Source: a virus
Length of the DNA: 64,000 bases
Strand: one strand, 5' to 3'
Virus record (IMG/VR): IMGVR_UViG_3300048834_001178
Location: 1-64,000 of that record
Translations under genes and position numbers: made by a program
The notes under the pieces: generated by a model
Told to the model about the DNA's origin: nothing
Databases searched by the model: none
What the model saw: the letters and a program-made list of their open reading frames with translations, nothing else
Shown here: positions 36,717 to 46,167 of the stretch, in pieces
Numbering within the stretch: the stretch's first letter is position 1
How the letters are laid out: each line of letters begins with the position of its first letter

Positions 36717-38711
36717 GTGGCCGACACCCGTGGCATCCGAGCAGGCCGAGCCTTCGTTGAGCTGGGCGTCAGCGACAAGCTGTCGGCCGGGCTGAAGGCG
36801 GCCCAGAAGAAGCTCGAAGCCTTCGGCGCGGGGCTGCGGTCCATCGGCACCAAGATGGCAGGCATCGGCGTCGCGGCGATCACCGCGCTGCTTGGCACCG
36901 CGAAGGCCTTCTCCGACTCCGGCGATGCGCTCGACAAGATGAGCGCCCGCACGAGCGTGAGTGTCGAGGCCCTCAGCGAGCTCGGTTACGCGGCCGACCT
37001 CTCCGGCACGGACATGGAGACGCTGGAGAACGGCCTCCGCGTCATGCAGAAGACGCTTACGGAGGCGTCGCAAGGCTCCAAGGGGGCGAACGAGGCTCTC
37101 GCGCGGCTCGGGCTGACGGTGCAGGACCTGGCCAAGCTCTCCCCCGACGAGCAGTTCAAGCTCCTGGCCGATCGCATCTCCCGCATCCAGGACCCCGCAG
37201 CCCGCGCCGCGATGGCGATGGAACTCTTCGGCAAGGCGGGGACGAAGCTCCTGCCGCTCATGGCCGACGGAGCAGCGGGCATCAACGAGATGCAGGAGCA
37301 GGCCCGCAAACTCGGGCTGACGGTGAGCACGGAGACGGCCAGGGATGCCGCCGAGCTCAACGACGCGCTGGGCACGCTCTGGAAGGTCCTCAAGCAGGGT
37401 GTCTTCACGATTGGCGGGGCGCTCGCACCCACCATCAAGGACCTCACAGAGCGGATCACACGCATCGTTGTGAGCGCCACGGCGTGGGTGAAGGCGAACA
37501 AGGAAGCGGTGGTCTGGGCGCTCAAAGTCGCGGCGGCGGTCGCGGTCGCGGGGATTGCCATCGTCGGCCTGGGCTACATCATCTCCGGCATCGGCGCGGC
37601 GCTTAGCATCGTGGCCGCCGTCATCGGCGGGATCGGGACGGCATTCAGCCTGATCGGGGCCGCCATCGGCGCGATCCTCACGCCCGTCGGCCTGACCATC
37701 GCCGCGATCGTGGCGCTGGGCGGCACATTGCTGGTCGTCACCGGTGCGGGCGGCGAGGCCCTTTCGTGGCTGGCGGAGAAGTTCACCGAGCTGCGTGACT
37801 GGGTCGGCAAGGTGGTGGGCGGCATCTCCGATGCTCTTGCCGCCGGCGACATCGCACTCGCAGCCGAGATCCTGTGGCTGTCGCTCAAGGTCATCTGGCA
37901 GCAGGGTGTGGCGGCGCTCAACAATGCGTGGCTCGGCGCGAAGGAGTTCTTCGTCTCCACGGCCTACTCGATGTGGTACGGCGCTCTGGCTGCGGCCGAG
38001 ATCGTGTTCCACGCACTCGAGGTCGCGTGGATCGAGACGACCGCCTTCCTGTCAAAGACCTGGACCAACTTCGCCACCGGCTTCCAGATGATCTGGGAGG
38101 AGGCGTCGAGCTGGGTCGCCAAGCGGATGCTGGAGATCCAGGGGCTGTTCGATGACGGGCTGGATGTTGAAGCCGCCAAGAAGGCGGTGGACCAGCAGCT
38201 CGAGTCCCGCCTCATCGAACTGGAGAACGCTGCTCAGCAGTCGGTGACCGCACGCGAGGGGCAGCGCGAACAGCAGCGCCGCGATGCGGCGGCGATGCAC
38301 GAAGCGACGCTGTCCGCGATCGGCCAGGACTTCGAGAACGCACAGGAAGCCCTGCGCAAGGACACCGAGGCCGGGTTCGCCGAGTCACAGGCGGCGCTCG
38401 ACGCCGCGAAACAGAAACTCGCCGCCGCGATCGAGGAGGCCCGCAAGAAGCGCGAGGCCGCCGACGCGGAGAAGGGACCTGGTCGTCCCCAACGCGACCT
38501 CCTCGCGGACTTCGAGGAGCGGCTGTCCGGCCTCGGGGCGGCCATCGGCAAGGGCATCAGCGTCACCGGGACGTTCAGTGCGGTGGCCGTCTCCGGTCTG
38601 GGCACGGGTGGCGACGCCGCCGAGCGCACCGCCAGCGCCACCGAGCAGACCGCCCGCAACACCAAGCGTCTGCTGGATGCCAGCGTCGACAACGGGCTGC
38701 GGTTTGCCTGA
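36717..38711 (+). CDS. Tail tape measure protein
   Basis: Ala/Gly-rich helical protein; FGKAG..LLP, periodic Trp residues. Confidence 0.9.
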   Translation: MADTRGIRAGRAFVELGVSDKLSAGLKAAQKKLEAFGAGLRSIGTKMAGIGVAAITALLGTAKAFSDSGDALDKMSARTSVSVEALSELGYAADLSGTDMETLENGLRVMQKTLTEASQGSKGANEALARLGLTVQDLAKLSPDEQFKLLADRISRIQDPAARAAMAMELFGKAGTKLLPLMADGAAGINEMQEQARKLGLTVSTETARDAAELNDALGTLWKVLKQGVFTIGGALAPTIKDLTERITRIVVSATAWVKANKEAVVWALKVAAAVAVAGIAIVGLGYIISGIGAALSIVAAVIGGIGTAFSLIGAAIGAILTPVGLTIAAIVALGGTLLVVTGAGGEALSWLAEKFTELRDWVGKVVGGISDALAAGDIALAAEILWLSLKVIWQQGVAALNNAWLGAKEFFVSTAYSMWYGALAAAEIVFHALEVAWIETTAFLSKTWTNFATGFQMIWEEASSWVAKRMLEIQGLFDDGLDVEAAKKAVDQQLESRLIELENAAQQSVTAREGQREQQRRDAAAMHEATLSAIGQDFENAQEALRKDTEAGFAESQAALDAAKQKLAAAIEEARKKREAADAEKGPGRPQRDLLADFEERLSGLGAAIGKGISVTGTFSAVAVSGLGTGGDAAERTASATEQTARNTKRLLDASVDNGLRFA

Positions 38712-38740
38712 CCCCATCAGACAGAAGGAGTTCATCGCTC

Positions 38741-39559
38741 GTGCCGGTCGAGGTGTTTGAGAAGTTCGAGAGCCGCCGCTCCACCAAGGCGAACCAAGCC
38801 TCGCAGTCGTCTGCGGAGCTCGGCTACATCGTGCGCGGCACCGCCGACGACCTCGCGGCCCGCACCGCAGCGCAGGCGGCCTCCCCGGCAACCTACGACA
38901 CGCTCCCTCGCCAGACCATCCAGATCGAGCCCATCGGCCCGCAGCTGTGGGACGTCACTGTCCGCTACAGCCAGAACGCCTCCACCGGCACGAGCACCCC
39001 GAGCGAGTCCTCGTTCACCTTCGAGACCGGCGGCGGGACGCAGCACATCACCCAGAGCCTGCAGACCATGCAGCGCCGCCCCGCCCCCGGCACCACCGCG
39101 CCGGACTTCGGCGGAGCGATCGGCGTCACCGCCGACGGCGTTGAGGGCGTCGACATCACCATCCCGGTCTACCAGTTCTCCGAGACGCACTACTTCACCG
39201 ATGCCCAGGTCACCGCTTCGTACAAAGGCGCGATCTTCTCCTGCACGGGCAAGACCAACGCCGGCTCATTCCGCGGGTTCGCGGCCGGCGAGGTGCTCTT
39301 CCTCGGCGCGACGGGCTCCAAGCGCGGCGACGGCCCGGATGACGACTGGGAGATCACGTTCCGCTTCGCGGCGAGCCCCAACCAGACCAACCTGACCGTC
39401 GGTCCCGTCACCGGAATCAACAAGAAAGGCTGGGAGTACCTGTGGGTCCGCTACGCCGACGCGGAGGACTCGGGCTCGGGCGCGATCATCAAGAAACCCA
39501 TCGCCGCGTACGTCGAGCGCGTGTACGACCAGGCCAACTTCGGAGCACTCGGAATCTAA
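38741..39559 (+). CDS. Distal tail/baseplate-region protein
   Basis: Directly after the tape measure gene; beta-rich composition. Confidence 0.6.
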   Translation: MPVEVFEKFESRRSTKANQASQSSAELGYIVRGTADDLAARTAAQAASPATYDTLPRQTIQIEPIGPQLWDVTVRYSQNASTGTSTPSESSFTFETGGGTQHITQSLQTMQRRPAPGTTAPDFGGAIGVTADGVEGVDITIPVYQFSETHYFTDAQVTASYKGAIFSCTGKTNAGSFRGFAAGEVLFLGATGSKRGDGPDDDWEITFRFAASPNQTNLTVGPVTGINKKGWEYLWVRYADAEDSGSGAIIKKPIAAYVERVYDQANFGALGI

Positions 39560-39562
39560 AGC

Positions 39563-40603
39563 ATGCCCGACGACCTCCGCAAAGTCCGCTCCGGTCAGCC
39601 GCTCCGCATCCCCGCGGGCGCGTACAACGCGTTCGTCGATGCGGCGGTCGATCTGCGCGCGCGACAGGGGCGGGGCCAAGCCGTCGCCGGTCCTCTCGTC
39701 GAATCCGCCCAGCGTGGTATCGGCGTGGTGCTGGTCCGCAACGATTCGGACGAGCTGATCGAGCCGCACCACGCGCTGGCGATCACCGGCGTGCTGGTCG
39801 AGCCCGGTGAGGACGATCAGGAGCGAACCTTCCACAGCCGCACGCCTCTGACGGGCGATGTGGCGACCGAGGTGTCCGACATGCTCGCCTTCGCGGTGGC
39901 GCTCCAGCCGATCAAGCCCAATGCCCTCGGTCCCTGCGTGCTCACCGGCGTGACGACCGCCCGGGTCTACATCACCAATGAGACCGACACCACCTGCGAA
40001 CTCGCGGCCGACGAGACGGTCCTGGCGAGCACGCCCATGAGCGGCATTCCGATCCTGTGGAAGGAGGATGGCACCGGCGAGAAGTGGGCGGTGATCGAAC
40101 TCGGCCGCCCCTCGCCGGGACGCATTACCGCGATCCTCGGCGCGGCCCAGCCGATCCCCACCGAGCGCAACCGCTGGCGCTACCCGTGGGTCGAGGCTCA
40201 GATCGACGGCAACCCGGGCAGCCCGGACTACCTGCGCTACGTGCCGGTCGAGAACGGCCTGACCTCGCAGGCCCCCAGCGGCGGCGAGGACCCCACGCGC
40301 CTGGCGATCAACCGCCTCGAGGCCCACCACATGAACGACTCCGAGCCCGGCTCGGGGTTCGGCGGCCTGCTGGGGCTGGGCCCGGTGTGCGAGCTCCCGG
40401 GCGTGCTCCCCAAGTGCCCGCCCGCGCGATCGCTCAAGCCCAAGCTCGTGCCGATCCCCGAAGGCGTGTGCGTGCAGATGACTTGCGAGCGCAACAGCCG
40501 GGGCAAGCCGGTGTGGGTCTTCGTGGCGATGAGCTTGATCGAGATCGCCGACCCCGCCGACGAGGACCGCAAGTTCAACCTCTACATCGGAGGTGCTGAA
40601 TGA
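39563..40603 (+). CDS. Tail tip/hub-region hypothetical protein
   Basis: Position in the structural operon; Cys-containing C-terminus. Confidence 0.5.
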   Translation: MPDDLRKVRSGQPLRIPAGAYNAFVDAAVDLRARQGRGQAVAGPLVESAQRGIGVVLVRNDSDELIEPHHALAITGVLVEPGEDDQERTFHSRTPLTGDVATEVSDMLAFAVALQPIKPNALGPCVLTGVTTARVYITNETDTTCELAADETVLASTPMSGIPILWKEDGTGEKWAVIELGRPSPGRITAILGAAQPIPTERNRWRYPWVEAQIDGNPGSPDYLRYVPVENGLTSQAPSGGEDPTRLAINRLEAHHMNDSEPGSGFGGLLGLGPVCELPGVLPKCPPARSLKPKLVPIPEGVCVQMTCERNSRGKPVWVFVAMSLIEIADPADEDRKFNLYIGGAE

Positions 40604-41193
40604 CAACGACCACACCGGCACAGGCAACGCCGCTGGATGCCAAGCGTGCCAAGGAACGGGCCAAGTACCTGGCGCTGGCGAACAAGCCCGGCTCGAAGTA
40701 CGGCTCGTCCAACCACGGCCAGGCGGCGATCCCGCTCATCCAGGAGAGCAAGCCGAGGTTCGTGGTGGACTTCGGCTGCGGCCGCAACGACCTTGTCCGC
40801 GAGCTGCGGCGCCTCGGCATCGACGGGCTGGGCGTCGACTTTGCCTTCCCCGAGGCGGACCTCGTGCGCCCCATGCACGCGACCACCCTCCAGGCGGGCA
40901 TCGCCGACGTGGTGACGAGCTTCGACGCTCTCGAGCACCTCCTGCCCGAGGATGTTGACCTGACGCTCGCGGAGATGCGCCGCGTCGCGGTGCCGCGCGG
41001 ACGGTTCATCCTCTCGATCTGCACGCGGCCGAGCACGACCACCGTCGCCGGAGAAGGTCTGCACCCGACGGTGCGTCCGCGGGACTGGTGGCTCGACCGC
41101 ATCGCCCGCGTCGGCGTCGCGAGCAAGCCCAGGGCGGGGTCCCGCTACATCGTCGGGCGGTTCAAAAGTGATGGGGGGTGCTGCGGTGCGTGA
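40600..41193 (+). CDS. Class I SAM-dependent methyltransferase
   Basis: VVDFGCG, GVDF, FDALEHL. Confidence 0.88.
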   Translation: MTTTTPAQATPLDAKRAKERAKYLALANKPGSKYGSSNHGQAAIPLIQESKPRFVVDFGCGRNDLVRELRRLGIDGLGVDFAFPEADLVRPMHATTLQAGIADVVTSFDALEHLLPEDVDLTLAEMRRVAVPRGRFILSICTRPSTTTVAGEGLHPTVRPRDWWLDRIARVGVASKPRAGSRYIVGRFKSDGGCCGA

Positions 41194-42100
41194 GAACCAG
41201 TCCGACATCGCGGCGCTTCAGTCCGGGCTCAAGGCGCGCAAGCCCGCCCGTGATGGCCTGCGCCTCTACACCGCCCCGCCGACGTTCGAGTCGGTGTCGC
41301 TGAGCGGGTTCTACCGGGGCCGGTCCGCGTTCCTGATGCTCTCCGGTCCGTCGCTCAAGCAGATCGACCTGTCGCTGCTGGACGCCCGCGGCATCGTCAC
41401 GATGGCCGTCAACAACGCATGGTCCGTGCGGCGTCCGACGCTCTGGACCTGCGTTGATGACCCCGGGCGCTTCATCGATGTGGGCTGGAAGGACCCGGGC
41501 ATCCTGAAGTTCGTGCCCACGTGCATGTGGGAAAAGCGGCTGAAGGTGATGAACCCCGACGGCACGCTCCGCAACAGCGCCTTCAAGGTCCACCAGATGC
41601 CCGGCGTGCTGTTCTTCCGGCGCAGCGATCACTTCGACCACGAGCGATTCCTCACGGGAGACACGGTCTCATGGGGCAACGACGCGAAGAACCCCGACTC
41701 GCTGGGCATCACCGGCAAGCGCTCGGTCATGCTCGTCGCCCTCCGGCTGCTTTACTACCTCGGCTTCTCGACGGTGTACCTGCTCGGCTGCGACTTCAAG
41801 ATGGACGCGGAGCGCAAGTACGCCTTCGACGAGCACCGCGCGACCAACGCGATCCGGCACAACAACGTGCTGTATGACTCGCTGTCGCGCCGGTTCGAGG
41901 CGCTCAAGCCCCACTTCGAGAAGCACCGCTTCCGCGTGGTCAACTGCTCGCCCGGAAGCGCCCTGGAGGTCTTCGAGAAGATGGCCTTTGAGGACGCGGT
42001 GAAGGCAGCCGCTTCCGAGTGCGGCAAGCCGATCCGCACCGACGGGTGGTACGAGCCCAATCCCAAGGCGAGCGCCCCGCCACAGGAGGCCGCACGATGA
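41186..42100 (+). CDS. DUF115/Maf/MptE-like putative glycosyltransferase
   Basis: SGPSL, MAVNN, CVDD, YLGFSTVYLLGCDF, VVNCS. Confidence 0.72.
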   Translation: MRENQSDIAALQSGLKARKPARDGLRLYTAPPTFESVSLSGFYRGRSAFLMLSGPSLKQIDLSLLDARGIVTMAVNNAWSVRRPTLWTCVDDPGRFIDVGWKDPGILKFVPTCMWEKRLKVMNPDGTLRNSAFKVHQMPGVLFFRRSDHFDHERFLTGDTVSWGNDAKNPDSLGITGKRSVMLVALRLLYYLGFSTVYLLGCDFKMDAERKYAFDEHRATNAIRHNNVLYDSLSRRFEALKPHFEKHRFRVVNCSPGSALEVFEKMAFEDAVKAAASECGKPIRTDGWYEPNPKASAPPQEAAR

Positions 42101-43611
42101 GCGACGGCCCCACGCGGTACTACCTCTACATCCCCGTCTGGGCGACGGGACGCGCTCCCCAGGGCGGCGGGTCGAGCAACTACTCGACGCCGTCGGGCTC
42201 GACACCCGAGAGCACGTACTCGACCCCGACCAGCACGCCGAGCATGCCGCCGAGCTACTCGACGACGGGCGATGTGATCTACACGACCGGCCCGGGCGGC
42301 ACGCCCACGCTCACGTTCTACACCACCGGCGCGTTCACGAGCAACACGCCGGGGACGACGCACACGCCGTCGAGCAGCGGGCCGATGTCATCCAGCGGGA
42401 TGACCACCGACTCGTCGCAGACGCCGACGAGTTCGCAGACCCCGTCGAGCACGGGCTCGTCGGGCATGAGCAGTTCCGGTGGCGGGAGTTCCTCGGGGGC
42501 GTCGAGTGGCATGTCCTCGGGTGCGAGTTCGGGGGCGTCGTCGGGCATGTCCACCGGTGGCAGTTCCGGTATGTCCTCGGGCATGTCGTCGGGTGGGTCG
42601 TCCGGTGGTTCATCGGGCGGCGGTTCGTCCGGTGGCGGGTCGTCGGGCGGCGGCGGATCCAGCGGCGGCGGCAGCGGCCCCGGTGGGTCGGGTCCGGGCG
42701 GATCCGGGCCTGGCGGCTCGGGGCCGGGTGGTTCTGGCCCGGGCGGCAGCGGTCCCGGCGGCTCAGGTCCCGGCTCCAACTGCGTGCTCGCGGGCACACC
42801 CGTGATGCTGGCCGACGGATCGACTAAGCCCGTCGAGGCGCTCCAACCGGGCGACCGTGTCGCGGCGCTCGACGTGGCGGGCCTGGACCGCGACGTGCCG
42901 TGGCGAGCCCAGTACCAGTGGCTCCGTCCGTGGGCGGAGGCGGCGCTCACGCCCGTCACGGGCACCGTCGGCAGCGTGAAGATCGGATCGCACGACGGGT
43001 TCGTCACCATCAACGGCCGCCTACGCCTGACGCCCGAGCACCCGGTGCTGCTGAAGCGCAACGAGGAGATCGGCTTCGCGTCGGCGGAGTTCGTGCAGGT
43101 CGGCGATGCGCTCGTGCGCCAGGGCCTGAGCGAGGAACTCGTCGCGTCAGTTGATCGGTCGGGCGAGCGCGTGACGACAGTGGCCGTGCATGTGCCCGGA
43201 CTCAACGTGTTCCTGGCGGGCGGCGTGTGGATTCACAACGACATGCCCGCCACCCAGCAGAGCGGGTCCGGATCGTCGTCGGGTTCGGGGTCGAGTTCAG
43301 GCTCCGGGTCCGGGTCGTCGAGCGGGAGCGGCTCCGGCAGCGGAAAGTCCAGCGGCTCGTCCATGTCGAGCTCGGGGTCCAGTTCTGGGTCGAGTTCCGG
43401 CAGTTCGTCAGGCTCATCGAGCGGCAGCGACAGCGGCTCCGGCCCGCCCGGCTCCGGATCGGGCTCCGGCAGCGTCCAGCAGTCAGTGGCGCTGGGCGAG
43501 GGCGCATCGTCCTTCATCGAGGGTGGCATGGAGGGTGTGCCTCCGGCGAAGTGGCAGCAGAGCGGTTTGGGCAGTCTCAGCAGCGGCATCGAAGAGGAGG
43601 CAAAGGCGTGA
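42097..43611 (+). CDS. Ser/Gly/Thr-rich protein with central Hint (intein-like) domain
   Basis: Hint 42781-43239: CVLAGTPV, TPEHP, WIHN; flanked by low-complexity S/G/T tracts and (GGSGP)x7. Confidence 0.88.
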   Translation: MSDGPTRYYLYIPVWATGRAPQGGGSSNYSTPSGSTPESTYSTPTSTPSMPPSYSTTGDVIYTTGPGGTPTLTFYTTGAFTSNTPGTTHTPSSSGPMSSSGMTTDSSQTPTSSQTPSSTGSSGMSSSGGGSSSGASSGMSSGASSGASSGMSTGGSSGMSSGMSSGGSSGGSSGGGSSGGGSSGGGGSSGGGSGPGGSGPGGSGPGGSGPGGSGPGGSGPGGSGPGSNCVLAGTPVMLADGSTKPVEALQPGDRVAALDVAGLDRDVPWRAQYQWLRPWAEAALTPVTGTVGSVKIGSHDGFVTINGRLRLTPEHPVLLKRNEEIGFASAEFVQVGDALVRQGLSEELVASVDRSGERVTTVAVHVPGLNVFLAGGVWIHNDMPATQQSGSGSSSGSGSSSGSGSGSSSGSGSGSGKSSGSSMSSSGSSSGSSSGSSSGSSSGSDSGSGPPGSGSGSGSVQQSVALGEGASSFIEGGMEGVPPAKWQQSGLGSLSSGIEEEAKA

Positions 43612-44231
43612 TTCCGAAGGTCATCTACACGGCGGACCTCATTGAGACTCCCGACAAGCAGCGGCTCACGGCGTGGCGGCACGCGTGGCAAACCATGCAC
43701 CCCGAGTGGGATGTGGTGACGCTCACGCTAGACACCAAGCCGCCGATCCTGAACTACGACCAGTGGCAGCAGACCTTCGGGCTCGCCGAGCCCGCGGCGT
43801 CCGCCGCACGGCTGAACCTGCTCCGCTACGAAGTGCTGGCCCGCGAGGGCGGCGTCTTCGTCGATCCGGACCGACTGCCGCTGCGCCCGCTCGACGAACT
43901 CGTCGCCGGGGTTGGCGCGTTCTGTTCCACGATCGCCAGCCACGGCGCGAGCAGGCCGCACATGCTCTCGCCGTCGGTGCTCGGCGCGACGCGGAATCAT
44001 CCGATGCTCTGGCACGCGATCCGCGATCTGCCGCACTCAGTGCTGGTCTATCGCGGTGTGTGGGACCAGAGCGGGCCGGGCTTCCTCACCCGCGTGGTCC
44101 GCGACCACGGGCACTTCCGCGACGTGGTGCCGTTCCACTGGGCGATCTTCGAGCAGGGCGAGGACGCCGCCAAGGCCCACGGCGGCGCGTTCGCCTTCGT
44201 GCAGGCGAAGGCTGCGGAGGTGGTGGCGTGA
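43608..44231 (+). CDS. GT32-like glycosyltransferase (DxD)
   Basis: IPKVIY, HPEW, LRYEVLAREGGVFVDPD, GPGFLT. Confidence 0.82.
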   Translation: MIPKVIYTADLIETPDKQRLTAWRHAWQTMHPEWDVVTLTLDTKPPILNYDQWQQTFGLAEPAASAARLNLLRYEVLAREGGVFVDPDRLPLRPLDELVAGVGAFCSTIASHGASRPHMLSPSVLGATRNHPMLWHAIRDLPHSVLVYRGVWDQSGPGFLTRVVRDHGHFRDVVPFHWAIFEQGEDAAKAHGGAFAFVQAKAAEVVA

Positions 44232-44932
44232 GCACGGCCGCACGCACCACCTCAATCCCGCGGGTCCTGCACCAGATCTGGCTGGGCAAGGGCGAAATGC
44301 CGCTCAATCAGCGGCGCTGGCGGCGGCGCTTTGCCGAGATGAACCCGCACTGGGAGATGCGGCTGTGGACCGACGGCAACCTGCCGCCGATCCTCAACCG
44401 CAACGCCTGGGACGCCTGCGGCAACGTCGGCGGCACGCCCGGCTGCGTGATGCGGTCGGACATCCTGCGGCTGGAGGTACTGGCCCGGTTCGGAGGGGTC
44501 TATCTCGACACCGACGTGAAGCCGATCCGCCCGCTCGACGAGATGTGTCCGCCCGAAGTACGAGCGTGGGCTGCCTGCGAGCAACTCGACATCGTGTCCA
44601 ACGCGGCGATGGGGTTCCCGCCCACCCACCCGGCGATGTGGCACGCGGTGGCGATGATCGAAGAGTCGTTCTTCGAGCGCCGGTACGTCGGTGATCAGGC
44701 GGGGCCGGGCCTGATCGCGCGGGTGGTCACCCAGTACGACGACGTGGTGCTCTATCCGCCGACGTACTTCCACCCGACGGTCGGAGAGTCGAAGTCCAAT
44801 CCCGACGCAGCGAGGTTCCTTCTGGGCGCGCACCTGTTTGCCGGGACTTGGGTTGAGGCCAATCGATGGCGGTACGCGAGCGCGTGGGACGCCAACGCAC
44901 TCTCTGAGAATCCGCAAAGTCTCAGCGAATAG
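44228..44932 (+). CDS. GT32-like glycosyltransferase (DxD)
   Basis: IPRVLHQIWLG, RSDILRLEVLARFGGVYLDTD, GPG, H.FAGTW. Confidence 0.9.
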   Translation: MSTAARTTSIPRVLHQIWLGKGEMPLNQRRWRRRFAEMNPHWEMRLWTDGNLPPILNRNAWDACGNVGGTPGCVMRSDILRLEVLARFGGVYLDTDVKPIRPLDEMCPPEVRAWAACEQLDIVSNAAMGFPPTHPAMWHAVAMIEESFFERRYVGDQAGPGLIARVVTQYDDVVLYPPTYFHPTVGESKSNPDAARFLLGAHLFAGTWVEANRWRYASAWDANALSENPQSLSE

Positions 44933-45132
44933 CACCCCCTGGTGATCGCTGCTGATGCGCCTGTGGCTGGCACAGATCCAAGTCTAGTGAAAAGCAGGCT
45001 CGTGGTGCGGAGGGCAAACGACTCCCACGGGCCTCGCTCAAGCGCTCTACCCTTCAATCCTATCCACTCGGCGGCAGGCATGTTCGCATGCTGATCGGGT
45101 TGGTAGTACAATGGCCAGCGAGCATCTCCCGC

Positions 45133-46146
45133 ATGACACCCCCGGCAACCAAGAAACCGCGAGCAAAGACACCCAAGTCATCCCAGACTGGCACTGTTGG
45201 CCCCCGATGGCCGACCGTGGCACTGAACCCAGTTGCCACGCCAGACTCGGCATTCATGAACCGCGAGTTGCGCCGGCACGCATTCTACAGCGACGACCGG
45301 ACTCTCATCTTCTGTGCGGATGCAGCGAAAGCGATTGGCTGGCTGGTCTCCGCAGGTGTGACCGTGGATACCACCGTCACTTCACCGCCCTTCTACGGCC
45401 AGCGGGACTACGGCGTCGATGGGCAAATCGGTTTGGAGTTGCACCCGTCAGAGTACCTGTCCCGTCTGGTGTCAGTCTTCCGAAAGTGCCGCGAGGTCTT
45501 CAAGGAGACCAGTAGCCTGTGGGTCAATCTTGGCGATACGTACTGGAGTGGTCGAGGCGAGCACCGCAGTGGAGAGGCCAAACAGGCAGCGAGGCGATTC
45601 GGACTTCGACCCCAGGACCGCAAGGGCGATGGGATTTGGTGCAGGCCGAAGCAACTCCTACTCATCCCACATCGTTTCGCAATCGCCATGCAGGAAGCTG
45701 ACTGGATCCTCCGCAACGACAATGTGTGGGTCAAACCCAATCCGGTCCCAGACCAAGTAAGAGATCGCTGCTCGATGGGGCACGAGTATGTTTTTCACTT
45801 CGTGACCCAACGGTTCTATTACTACCGTCGCGATAGAGTCGGTCGGCCAAACCCAGGCAAATCGCCCTTGCCACCGTTGGACGTTTGGGTGGTTCCGCCG
45901 TCCAAAGGTAGTAACGGACATCCTGCTGCGTTCTCTGCCGACTTGGTTGACCTACCGATCCGTGCGACAACTCCGCCGAATGGCGTGGTATTGGACCCGT
46001 TCGCTGGAAGCGGTACAACGGTCTTGCATGCCCGCAGGCTCGGCTTCCGCGCGATCGGCATCGACATAAAGCCGGAATACTGTAAGGCGATGGCCGCAGC
46101 CTGCCAAAAGGACCCACCGATTCTGCTGCCGCTCTCTGAGAAGTGA
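45133..46146 (+). CDS. Beta-class N4-cytosine/N6-adenine DNA methyltransferase (start uncertain)
   Basis: TSPPF, WVKPNP, HPAAF, DPFAGSGTT. Confidence 0.9.
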   Translation: MTPPATKKPRAKTPKSSQTGTVGPRWPTVALNPVATPDSAFMNRELRRHAFYSDDRTLIFCADAAKAIGWLVSAGVTVDTTVTSPPFYGQRDYGVDGQIGLELHPSEYLSRLVSVFRKCREVFKETSSLWVNLGDTYWSGRGEHRSGEAKQAARRFGLRPQDRKGDGIWCRPKQLLLIPHRFAIAMQEADWILRNDNVWVKPNPVPDQVRDRCSMGHEYVFHFVTQRFYYYRRDRVGRPNPGKSPLPPLDVWVVPPSKGSNGHPAAFSADLVDLPIRATTPPNGVVLDPFAGSGTTVLHARRLGFRAIGIDIKPEYCKAMAAACQKDPPILLPLSEK

Positions 46147-46167
46147 TGCGACTGGAGACAATTGACC

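Noticed and set aside
26307-38012. Long alternative ORFs (26307-28346, 31066-32847, 31298-32737, 36234-38012)
   Set aside because: Overlap well-supported terminase, capsid and tape measure genes; codon-bias artefacts
42781-43239. Classical selfish intein or polymorphic toxin
   Set aside because: No +1 nucleophile, no conserved host enzyme around it, and the C-terminal segment is low-complexity with no toxin domain or immunity gene
42440-43480. Repetitive DNA as a CRISPR array or DGR repeat
   Set aside because: Repeats are codon-level Ser/Gly runs with no constant repeat-spacer structure, and no cas or reverse transcriptase gene is present
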